Source: Rhodobacterales bacterium
Lineage (GTDB): Bacteria; Pseudomonadota; Alphaproteobacteria; Rhodobacterales; CAZPXZ01
Reading direction: 5' to 3'
Assembly (NCBI GenBank): GCA_965221505.1
Contig: CBDCSI010000002.1
Location: 1,610,052 to 1,674,051 of the forward strand
DNA length: 64,000 nucleotides
Both the position numbers and the translations under genes were made by a program. The notes under the pieces were generated by a model. That model did not search any database and was not told where the DNA came from. It was given only the letters and a program-made list of their open reading frames with translations. Positions 55,044 through 63,062 of the stretch are shown here, piece by piece. Every line of letters begins with the position of its first letter. Positions within the stretch are counted from its first letter, which is position 1.

Positions 55044-57064
55044 GCGAGGCCAAGCCTTTCCTGCGAGCGGCGCGCGAGCGCCGAGACGATCCGGTCCGCG
55101 GTGATGGCGATGAAGGCGACCGACAGTCCGGCCACGATTCCGTGACCGGTGTTTGCCTTGGTGAGCGCGATATAGACCTCCTGCCCCAGGTCCCGGGTTC
55201 CGACCAGCGCGGTGATCACCAGCATCGACAACGCCAGCATGATCGTCTGGTTCAGTCCCAGGAGAAGCGCCGGCGCCGCCAGCGGGAGCTTGACCCGCCA
55301 CAAGAGCTGGCGACGGGTGCATCCGGCGGCGATGCCGGCCTCGACGACCTGCGGATCGATGCCGCGAATGCCGAGGGCAGCGTAGCGCACCGCCGGCGCC
55401 AGCGCATAGAGCACGACCGCCACCATGGCCGAAAAATCGCCGACCCGGAAGAGCATCACGACGGGTATGAGATAGACGAAGCTCGGGAGGGTCTGAAGCG
55501 TGTCCATGACCGCACCGACGACGGAGCCGACGCGCGGGTTCTGGCCCGCCCAGATTCCGAGCGGAAATCCGATCAGACAGGCGATCACCACCGAGGAGCC
55601 ACACAGGTAGACGGTGATCATCGCCTTGTCCCACAGTCCGCTGGCGGCGACGAACCCCGCCATCGCCGCAGCCGTCGCGCCGAGCCGCCACCCGCCGACC
55701 CGCCAGGCGGCGAGACCCACGGCGACGATCCCCCAGGGCCACGGAATGCCGGTGAAGAAGCGCTTGACCGGAAGCAGCAGCCAGGTGAGCACGAACGTCT
55801 TCGCGGCCTCGAAGTCGTCGAAGAAGTTGACGTTGATCCATTCCATGGCGCCGCCCCAGAACGCCGAGGTGGTGACGGTCGCCGCCTCCGGGTACTCCTG
55901 CAGATCGGGAACCAGAATTCCGGCCAGGTAGATCGCGACGACCACGACTGCCACGGTGATCGGCCAGCGATGGCGCTGGAGGCGGGACTGCCCGGCGACC
56001 GGCACCGGATCCGGCGCCCGCGCCGCGAAAGCCTGACTCAGGCGGTCGAGGGCGATGGCCATGAACACGATCGCCAGTCCCGCCTCGATTCCGCCGCCGA
56101 TGTCCAGACGTCGCAGGGAGTTCAGCACGTCGAAGCCGAGTCCCCCTGCGCCGATCATGGAGGCGATGATCACCATGTTCAGCGTCAGCATGATCACCTG
56201 GTTGACGCCGACCATCAGCGTCGGGCCGGCCGAGGGGACCAGGACCTTCCACAGCAACTGCCGCCGGGTACAGCCGGACATGACGCCGGCGTCGACGACT
56301 TCCGACGACACTCCGCGCAGCGCCACGGTGGTGACCCGCACCATGGGCGGCATGGCGTAGACCACGGTCGCGATCAGCGCGGCCACAGGCCCGAACCCGA
56401 ACAGGAACAGCACCGGCACCAGATAGGCGAAGACGGGAACGGTCTGCATCAGATCGAGGATCGGTCTCAGCACGCGGTCGAACCAGTCCCAACGATACGC
56501 CGCGATCCCGAGCGTCAGGCCGACCACGACGCCGATCGGAACCGCGATCACGACCGAGGCGAGGGTGACCATGGCGCTCTGCCATTGGCCGAACACGGCG
56601 AGATAGAGAAAGCAGCCGCCGACCAGTCCCGCGAGCCGCCAGTCCCGCGCGTAGCGGGCGACCGCGACCAGGACGACGATGACGGCGGCCCAGCTCAGCT
56701 CGGGCGCGATTTCGATCGCCTGGCTGCCCTGGCCGCGCAAGAATCCGTCGGCCAGCGCCGCGCGCGCCGCCTGGTAGGGCGCTTCGATAACGGCCGAGAC
56801 GAACCGCGTCAGGTCGCGAAAGCTGAAAAGGCCGAAATGCGCGTCTTCCACCAGCCACGACAGGCTGTCGCTGATCCAGCCTTCGAACGGCAGGTTGTAC
56901 TTGCGCGGGTAGCGTACGATCCAGCGGGCGTCCAGGGCCTTGTAGAGCGCAAAGGACGTGGTCGACAGCAGCCAGGTCGCGAGAAAGAGCAGAACCCAGA
57001 ACCGGTAACCGCCGAGACGGATGCGCGCCAGGCCCGACGGAGAGGCCGGCGCCGGGGCGTTCAC
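55040..57064 (-). CDS. proW: Glycine betaine/proline-type ABC transporter permease, double-length (fused or duplicated TMD).
   Basis: This 674-aa protein has many TM segments. It has two BPD-type permease cores: ..GCTRRQLLWKVLVPSAGPTLMVGVNQ.. and ..GCTRRQLLWRVKLPLAAPALLLGLNQ... Confidence 0.85.
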   Translation of the reverse strand: MNAPAPASPSGLARIRLGGYRFWVLLFLATWLLSTTSFALYKALDARWIVRYPRKYNLPFEGWISDSLSWLVEDAHFGLFSFRDLTRFVSAVIEAPYQAARAALADGFLRGQGSQAIEIAPELSWAAVIVVLVAVARYARDWRLAGLVGGCFLYLAVFGQWQSAMVTLASVVIAVPIGVVVGLTLGIAAYRWDWFDRVLRPILDLMQTVPVFAYLVPVLFLFGFGPVAALIATVVYAMPPMVRVTTVALRGVSSEVVDAGVMSGCTRRQLLWKVLVPSAGPTLMVGVNQVIMLTLNMVIIASMIGAGGLGFDVLNSLRRLDIGGGIEAGLAIVFMAIALDRLSQAFAARAPDPVPVAGQSRLQRHRWPITVAVVVVAIYLAGILVPDLQEYPEAATVTTSAFWGGAMEWINVNFFDDFEAAKTFVLTWLLLPVKRFFTGIPWPWGIVAVGLAAWRVGGWRLGATAAAMAGFVAASGLWDKAMITVYLCGSSVVIACLIGFPLGIWAGQNPRVGSVVGAVMDTLQTLPSFVYLIPVVMLFRVGDFSAMVAVVLYALAPAVRYAALGIRGIDPQVVEAGIAAGCTRRQLLWRVKLPLAAPALLLGLNQTIMLALSMLVITALVGTRDLGQEVYIALTKANTGHGIVAGLSVAFIAITADRIVSALARRSQERLGLA

Positions 57065-58101
57065 GCGGCGCCCCGCGGGCCCTCGGCTCTCGCCGCCACG
57101 GTACGGGCGACCTCGGTCGCGCTGACCACACCGGCGACCGCGCCGTCCAGAAGGACTAGAAACGGACGGTCGGCCTCCGCGATGCGGCCCGCCGCGGCGG
57201 CCACCGTGAGCGTGCCGTCCAGTTCGCCGGCGACCTCCTCGCCCTCCCGTGCCGGGCGCATGATCGATCGGAGCCGCAACACCTTGTCGCGCGGAATGTG
57301 CCGCGTGAACTCGGCGACGTATTCGGTCGCCGGCGCGATGACCAGCTCCTCCGGCGTCGCGGTCTGCACGATGCGGCCGTCGCGCATTACCGCGATGCGG
57401 TCGGCCAGGCGGACGGCTTCGTTGAAGTCGTGCGTGATGAAGACGATGGACTTGTGCAGCATCGACTGGAGGCGCAGGAACTCGTCCTGCATCTCCTGGC
57501 GGATCAGCGGATCCAGGGCCGAGAACGGCTCGTCGAGGAACCAGAGTTCGGGCTCGCCGACCAGCGAGCGGGCGATGCCGACGCGTTGCTGTTGCCCGCC
57601 GGACAGCTGCCGCGGGAAATAGTCGGCGCGCCCGTCGAGCCCGACCAGTTCGATCATTTCCGTCGCCCGGGCTTCGCGCGTTCGCCGGTCGATACCTTGC
57701 ACGTCGAGCGGAAACGCCACGTTCTGGAGTACTGTCAGATGCGGCAGCAAGGCGAAGTTCTGGAACACCATGCCGATCTTCTTGCGCCGCAGCGCGATCA
57801 GCTCCGCCTCCGACATGTCGAGCAGGTCCGAACCGTCGAAGTGTATCGATCCGGCAGAGGGTTCGATCAGCCTCGACATGCAGCGCACCAGGGTGGATTT
57901 GCCGCAGCCCGAGAGACCCATGATGACGAAGATTTCGCCCTTCTCGACCTGGAGCGACGCGTCTCGCACCGCGGCCACGACGCCGAGTTCGGCGAGCCGC
58001 TCGTCATCCGGACCGTCCCCGGGCGCCTGCAGCGCCTCGGCCGCGCGTGCGCCGAACAGTTTCCAGACGCCCCGGCAGGCGAGGGTCACGCGTTCGGTCA
58101 T
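57061..58101 (-). CDS. proV: Glycine betaine/proline ABC transporter ATP-binding protein with a C-terminal CBS-like region.
   Basis: It has Walker A GLSGCGKST, signature LSGGQQQR and Walker B LWFLDEPFSALD. It overlaps the permease start (ATGA-type overlap at 57061-57064). Confidence 0.93.
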   Translation of the reverse strand: MTERVTLACRGVWKLFGARAAEALQAPGDGPDDERLAELGVVAAVRDASLQVEKGEIFVIMGLSGCGKSTLVRCMSRLIEPSAGSIHFDGSDLLDMSEAELIALRRKKIGMVFQNFALLPHLTVLQNVAFPLDVQGIDRRTREARATEMIELVGLDGRADYFPRQLSGGQQQRVGIARSLVGEPELWFLDEPFSALDPLIRQEMQDEFLRLQSMLHKSIVFITHDFNEAVRLADRIAVMRDGRIVQTATPEELVIAPATEYVAEFTRHIPRDKVLRLRSIMRPAREGEEVAGELDGTLTVAAAAGRIAEADRPFLVLLDGAVAGVVSATEVARTVAARAEGPRGAA

Positions 58102-58137
58102 GACGAGCCGGCGGGCGTTGCAGGCATCAGGCCTGTT

Positions 58138-58182
58138 CCGAACGTCCGAAGGCGTTCGGGCGCGGCCTGAACGACCGCGCCC
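58138..58182 (-). promoter_or_regulatory. Two adjacent GC-rich hairpins in the proX-proV intercistronic gap (possible attenuator or mRNA-stability element).
   Basis: CCGAACG at 58138-58144 pairs with CGTTCGG at 58153-58159. GGGCGCGG at 58158-58165 pairs with CCGCGCCC at 58175-58182. No U-tract was seen. Confidence 0.3.
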
Positions 58183-58200
58183 GCGTGAGGGGAGTTCGGA

Positions 58201-59142
58201 TCACTCGATCCAGGCTCTCCACTTCGCTTCGTTGGCCGCGAGCCACTCTGCCGCCGCGTCCGGGGTCGGGATGCCCTCGAGATCGATCCGGGTGACCAGC
58301 GAGCCCATCTCCTCGTTGGTGATGGTGTAGTCGCGAATGATCTGCGCGGCGCCCGGCCACTTCTCGTCGATTCCGGCCCAGGCGACCTTCCAGATCGGGC
58401 CTCGCGGCTTGCCGCAGTCGTACGCCATGTCGGGGTTGATGCCGGCCGAGGGATCGTTGTAGCACTCGGAGGAATAGGGCGGGAAGTCGACGAAGGTGCC
58501 GCTGTATTTGGCCGGCGCCCAGTGGGGCTCGTAGACCCAGAGGAGAATCGGCGCCTCGCGCTGATAGGCGGACTCGAGCTCGGCGAACAGCGCCGCGTCG
58601 GTTCCGGCATGTACGACCTCGTAGTCCAGCTCCAGCGCCTCGACGCGCTCGTCATCGAAGCCGCCCCAGGTCACCGGACCGCCGAGATACCGGCCGAGCG
58701 GCGCGGTCTCGGGGGTGGCGAACTCCTCCGCGCAGCCGTTCAGCGCCTCCCAGTCGGGCAGGCCCGGGCAACGCTCGCCCATGTAATCGGGATACCACCA
58801 CTCCTCGATGGCGACCATGCCGGTCTCGCCGAGATTGACCACCTGGCCGGTGGCGAGCGCTTCGTCCATGGCGTCGCGACCGGTGGTCTCCCAGATCTCG
58901 ACGGCGACGTGCAGGTCGCCGGTCTTCAGGCCGGCGAACTGGGCGATGTAGTCCGCCTGCACGTATTCGACGTTATAGCCCGCCGCCTGCAGGATCTCGC
59001 CGAGGATCGTCGCGTTCACGATCTGGCCGGTCCAGTCGTGCGTGGTGATGCGGATCGGATCGGTCGATTCCACCTCCGCGGTCGCCGAGGCGGCGATCGC
59101 GCATCCGGCGGCAGCCGCCGCCAGGGTCCTGAGAATTCGCAT
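58201..59142 (-). CDS. proX: Glycine betaine-type ABC transporter substrate-binding protein.
   Basis: ORF 58201..59190 was trimmed to the ATG at 59142, which follows a GAGGAGGG ribosome-binding site. It has a signal peptide (MRILRTLAAAAAGCAIAASATA) and ProX/OpuAC-like sequence (HDWTGQIV..). Confidence 0.88.
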   Translation of the reverse strand: MRILRTLAAAAAGCAIAASATAEVESTDPIRITTHDWTGQIVNATILGEILQAAGYNVEYVQADYIAQFAGLKTGDLHVAVEIWETTGRDAMDEALATGQVVNLGETGMVAIEEWWYPDYMGERCPGLPDWEALNGCAEEFATPETAPLGRYLGGPVTWGGFDDERVEALELDYEVVHAGTDAALFAELESAYQREAPILLWVYEPHWAPAKYSGTFVDFPPYSSECYNDPSAGINPDMAYDCGKPRGPIWKVAWAGIDEKWPGAAQIIRDYTITNEEMGSLVTRIDLEGIPTPDAAAEWLAANEAKWRAWIE

Positions 59143-59413
59143 TGGGGTCGTCCCTCCTCTATCCAGTCGCGGGCGTCGACACGCGCGCACGCGAACCGTC
59201 AGTTTCGCGCATTGGGAGAATTATGCAACAGACCGGTTCGGGCGTCGGGTTGGCGTTGGCGCTGGGAAGGGCTGGAATCGTGGATGAGAGCCGATTCGAC
59301 GGGCGCTATGGCCCGTGGTTCGTATTGCTGCGGGCGTGGCGTGACGATAGCCGTCGTGGGCTGTCCATGGGCGTGGGCGGAAACTACACACGCAGCCAGA
59401 ATGGACACGACCG

Positions 59414-60789
59414 GCTTGGATGAGGCCGGGGCGCAAGCGCCCCGGATACCTCGGTGATGATGCCGGGGCCGCCGCACTCCTGAATTGTTCTTCAATGAGG
59501 CCGGGGCGCGGACGCCCCGGATGTGGCGCAGAACCTTGCAGCACAAGGCACCTACAAGGAAATGCTTCAATGAGGCCGAGGCCCGAACGCCCCTGATGCC
59601 TGGGCCGATCAGCGCAGGCACGCCGATGAGGGTGATAGCTTCAATGCGGCTCGGGCGCAACTTACTGCGACACTCGCCGCTTTCTCGCTGGTCGTAGCAC
59701 TCGGAGGGTAGCGATAACGAAACCGGGGCGCGGACGCCCCGGATGCCGCCGCTTCCGCCGGAGGAGTCGCAGAGCGCGGGGTATCTGCTTCGCGGGGTAT
59801 CTGCTTCAATGAGGCCGGGGCGCGAACGCTCCGGATGCCCGAGTCGCTGGAGTGCCAGCGGGCGCTCTGGCTGGAGCTTCAATGAGGCCGGGGCGCGAAC
59901 GCCCCGGATGCCCGTCTCGATCCGGGCGCCTATGGCCTCGAGCTCGGTGCTTCAATGAGGCCGGGGCGCGAACGCCCCGGATGCCCACCTCGTAGCTTTT
60001 CGGCGATGCGTAGGTCCAGTCGCTTCAATGAGGCCGGGACGCGAACGCCCCGGATGCCCACTCCGTTTCGAGCGGATGGGAGAGCGTCGGCGGAGCTTCA
60101 ATGAGGCCGGGGCGCGAACGCCCCGGATGCCCTCGGGGAGGCGGCGCGGCAGCTCGGGCAGACGATCCTGCTTCAATGAGGCCGGGGCGCGAACGCCCCG
60201 GATGCCGGTGGCGGACTCGGGCGCGACGAAGTGGGTAGGCGTGCTTCAATGAGGCCGGGGCGCGAACGCCCCGGATGCCCCGACAGAGAGTGATGGCAGA
60301 ATGCTTTTGGGTCTGCTTCAATGAGGCCGGGGCGCGAACGCCCCGGATGCCGCCGGTTCCCACCATGGGGAAGCGATGCACCCCCTGGCTTCAATGAGGC
60401 CGGGGCGCGAACGCCCCGGATGCCGCCGTCCACGTCGGACGCGAGCAGGTAGGCGAGATCGTGCTTCAATGAGGCCGGGGCGCGAACGCCCCGGATGCCC
60501 GCGCCCGCGCTGTCGCCCGGAAGTCTTCTGCTCCCGCTTCAATGAGGCCGGGGCGCGAACGCCCCGGATGCCTTCTCGGCTGTATTCGTCTCCGCGGTGG
60601 TGCCGGGGCTTCAATGAGGCCGGGGCGCGAACGCCCCGGATGCCCTGGCTCTCGCGGGCAAGCATTGCTTGGGCCACCACGCTTCAATGAGGCCGGGGCG
60701 CGAACGCCCCGGATGCGCCGCCGAAGCCGAAGCCGAGGCCCGCGCCCGTGCAGCTTCAATGAGGCCGGGGCGCGAACGCCCCGGATGCC
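59414..60789 (-). CRISPR. CRISPR array with 19 repeats of 37 nt (14 conserved plus 5 degenerate at the trailer end) and 18 spacers.
   Basis: The plus-strand repeat is GCTTCAATGAGGCCGGGGCGCGAACGCCCCGGATGCC. Conserved copies start at 59803, 59876, 59949, 60022, 60095, 60170, 60243, 60315, 60388, 60463, 60536, 60608, 60681 and 60753. Degenerate copies start at 59414, 59489, 59564, 59638 and 59711. Spacers are 35-38 nt, with one of 55 nt. Read on the minus strand, the repeat ends in ATTGAAGC and contains the stem CCGGGGCG-TTCG-CGCCCCGG. The cas genes lie upstream on the minus strand. Confidence 0.97.
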
Positions 60790-61053
60790 CCCCCACTGTA
60801 CAACCCCTTGTCTTCCAAGGCAAATTCAAGGGAGTTTCGAGAGGTCCGAGAATTTCGGCTTGCGAGCACTCATTCGGGCTCCAGCTTCTCCCAAATGCAT
60901 CTCCAGAGTCCCTCAATATCAATGGGTTACGGAATTTCGAGCGGCTCCGGGCATTCCTGCGTCCCCGACCCGCTCGAATCGGTCCGGCGAGATGATTCAC
61001 CCTGTTAGAGGTGTCGACCATCCACGCTCCTCTCGCCCGGCAATTCAGCTCCG
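60790..61053 (-). promoter_or_regulatory. Putative CRISPR leader.
   Basis: This is a 264-nt AT-richer non-coding stretch between the cas2 stop (61054) and the first, best-conserved repeat (60753-60789). Repeat decay increases away from it. Confidence 0.6.
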
Positions 61054-61347
61054 TCACACGACGACAGCCTCGCGGACAATGGATGAGTAAGTCTTGCCGA
61101 TGCTTGTGACTGCGATATTGGTCTTGCTCGCTGGTCCTACGTCGATTACCAGGACATGATCTTCGCCGATCTTGATGAGTTCTCGCAGCTTTGTCTCGAG
61201 TTCGGCCCGCCTGCGTCTCGTCAGGCGGCACTGGAATACGGAGAGTTGGAGCCACTCGCCGAACCCGTGCATGGTCTTGAAGACGCGCCGCCAGCGCTTG
61301 CTGTCGGAGATGTCGTAGGCGACAATATACGTGCGTTCCTCTCTCAC
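61054..61347 (-). CDS. cas2: CRISPR-associated endoribonuclease Cas2.
   Basis: This 97-aa protein has the N-terminus MREERTYIVAYDISDSKRWRRVFKTMHGFGEWLQLSVFQC, typical of Cas2. Confidence 0.92.
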   Translation of the reverse strand: MREERTYIVAYDISDSKRWRRVFKTMHGFGEWLQLSVFQCRLTRRRRAELETKLRELIKIGEDHVLVIDVGPASKTNIAVTSIGKTYSSIVREAVVV

Positions 61348-61356
61348 TGGAACCTC

Positions 61357-63051
61357 CTATCGCGGAAGGTAGTGCGGATAGTCCGGCAGCTCATGCAGAA
61401 GGTGTCGGCACAATAGCCGCGCCTGAAGCAACAGCAATCGACGCATGCTGAGCCGATAACCGAACAGTGGGTGCGTAGTCTCCTGTGATAGCCGTCGCTC
61501 GAATGCGCCGACGAAGCGTCGACGTCCGGGAGCGGTCAGAGAAGTACCAGTGGTCGCGGAGACGAAGTCTCCGGCAGAAATCTCGCCGGTATTCACCACC
61601 GACAGCACTACCGAGTCGGCGATGACTGGACGGAACGGTTCCATGATGTCCAAGGCGAGCGCGGGCTTGCCATAGCGCGACGCATGAAAGAAGCCGCGGT
61701 AGGGATCGAGCCCGACCGTGGTGAGTGCCGCCGTAAGATGGCGGGTCAGCATGGCATAGGCGAGCGACAGCATGGCGTTGACGGGATCGGTCGGAGGCCG
61801 TCGGTTGCGAGCATCGAAGCGGAATCTCGTCACGTTGTCTCCATCGTCCCTTCTAGCACCGGGCGGTGACAGCAGTTCGGCGAACGCCCGAAAGTACGTT
61901 GCGGCCGCGTGCCCCTCCAGGCCCAGCAGTGCGTCGGTTGATGATACTCGCGTTACTGATCGCCGGGCCGCCTCGAGCTGGTTCAGTACCGCTTTGCGAT
62001 CGTCACGGTCGCCGCGCCAATTGCGACGCACGATGGTCCGTTGGTTGACGATTTTGGCCGCCACGACCTCGCGCGCAAATTTCTGGCAGAATTCGGTGTC
62101 GAAGCTGCGCTGATACTGTGCTGTGCGAATCTCTACGTTTCGATGGCCCACACCGTGGGCGACCCCGCGAAACCATCCGCCATGACTGTGAAACGCCACC
62201 GGAATCTCTCGCTCCATGAGCGAAACGAGTGCGGGAGTCGTAATCGACACGTTGCCGAACAGCGCGACATCAGATATTTCGTTCAACCGCACTCGAGTGT
62301 CGCCCATCTCGTCGTCTAGGATCCTAAGCGTTTCCCCCTCTTTCCTGATGCGCGCTCGCTGCGACTGGACGATCAACGGCATCGCGTCGTCTGCCTCGAT
62401 GGCAATGGGGCGGGGCGCGAGTCCAGCCCCGCCAAGCGATCGTATTTCGTCCGGCAGGCAAATAGATACCAGGGCGCAGCGCGGGCACTTCGGGCTGTCT
62501 TGCAGCGGTGATGGGATTTGGCCCCGGCCTACTGTCGATCGAAGTCGGCTGACCGCCTCCCGCGTCGCAGTTCGAAGCTCCTCATCCAGAACGACACGAA
62601 CGCGCTCGCGACTCTCCGCGTACCAAATTGCCCCTGACTCGACCCGATAACCGTGTTCCTCCAGCAACAGCGCCTGGAGACAGACCTGGACACGCTCCGG
62701 TTCGTAGGCGCCTTGCGCCACATGCGGACGTCTGCCGCGCTTGTAGTCGACGGGCGTGACGACCCCGTCTTTGGCCTCGGCAATGTCGATCTTGGCGATG
62801 ACGCCGAGCCTCTCGGAAGAGAGGGTCAAGGAGCGGCTGACGATCCTGGAATCTTCGGTGTCGATCGTCTCGGCTTCAGGTAGAGGCTTGCTCGGGCGGT
62901 CGACTCGCGTGTGAACGCGCCGTCCTTCGACGGTATCTCCAGTCTCAGCCCACTCGGCCTGGCTCCACATGAGATAGGCGAGGCGCGGACAGTACACGAA
63001 CTCGTTCACCATACGCGCCGGGACAAGCGCATCGGGCGGGATGCTGGCCAC
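61357..63051 (-). CDS. cas4/cas1: Cas4-Cas1 fusion protein (type I-G/I-U hallmark).
   Basis: This protein is 564 aa. The N-terminal Cas4 part has VYCPRLAYL, a DYKRG motif and the cysteine cluster CPRCALVSIC. The C-terminal part reads like Cas1 (..ALFGNVSITTPALVSLMEREIPVAFHSHGGWF..). Confidence 0.93.
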   Translation of the reverse strand: MASIPPDALVPARMVNEFVYCPRLAYLMWSQAEWAETGDTVEGRRVHTRVDRPSKPLPEAETIDTEDSRIVSRSLTLSSERLGVIAKIDIAEAKDGVVTPVDYKRGRRPHVAQGAYEPERVQVCLQALLLEEHGYRVESGAIWYAESRERVRVVLDEELRTATREAVSRLRSTVGRGQIPSPLQDSPKCPRCALVSICLPDEIRSLGGAGLAPRPIAIEADDAMPLIVQSQRARIRKEGETLRILDDEMGDTRVRLNEISDVALFGNVSITTPALVSLMEREIPVAFHSHGGWFRGVAHGVGHRNVEIRTAQYQRSFDTEFCQKFAREVVAAKIVNQRTIVRRNWRGDRDDRKAVLNQLEAARRSVTRVSSTDALLGLEGHAAATYFRAFAELLSPPGARRDDGDNVTRFRFDARNRRPPTDPVNAMLSLAYAMLTRHLTAALTTVGLDPYRGFFHASRYGKPALALDIMEPFRPVIADSVVLSVVNTGEISAGDFVSATTGTSLTAPGRRRFVGAFERRLSQETTHPLFGYRLSMRRLLLLQARLLCRHLLHELPDYPHYLPR

Positions 63052-63062
63052 TGCAGTCGTCG

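Noticed and set aside
59199-61255. Multiple ORFs of 60-230 aa across the CRISPR array (for example 59199..59882 -, 60542..61090 +, 60611..61255 -).
   Set aside because: Their translations repeat the same peptide (..IRGVRAPASLK.. / ..NEAGARTPRMP..) once per CRISPR unit. They are translations of the repeats and not genes.
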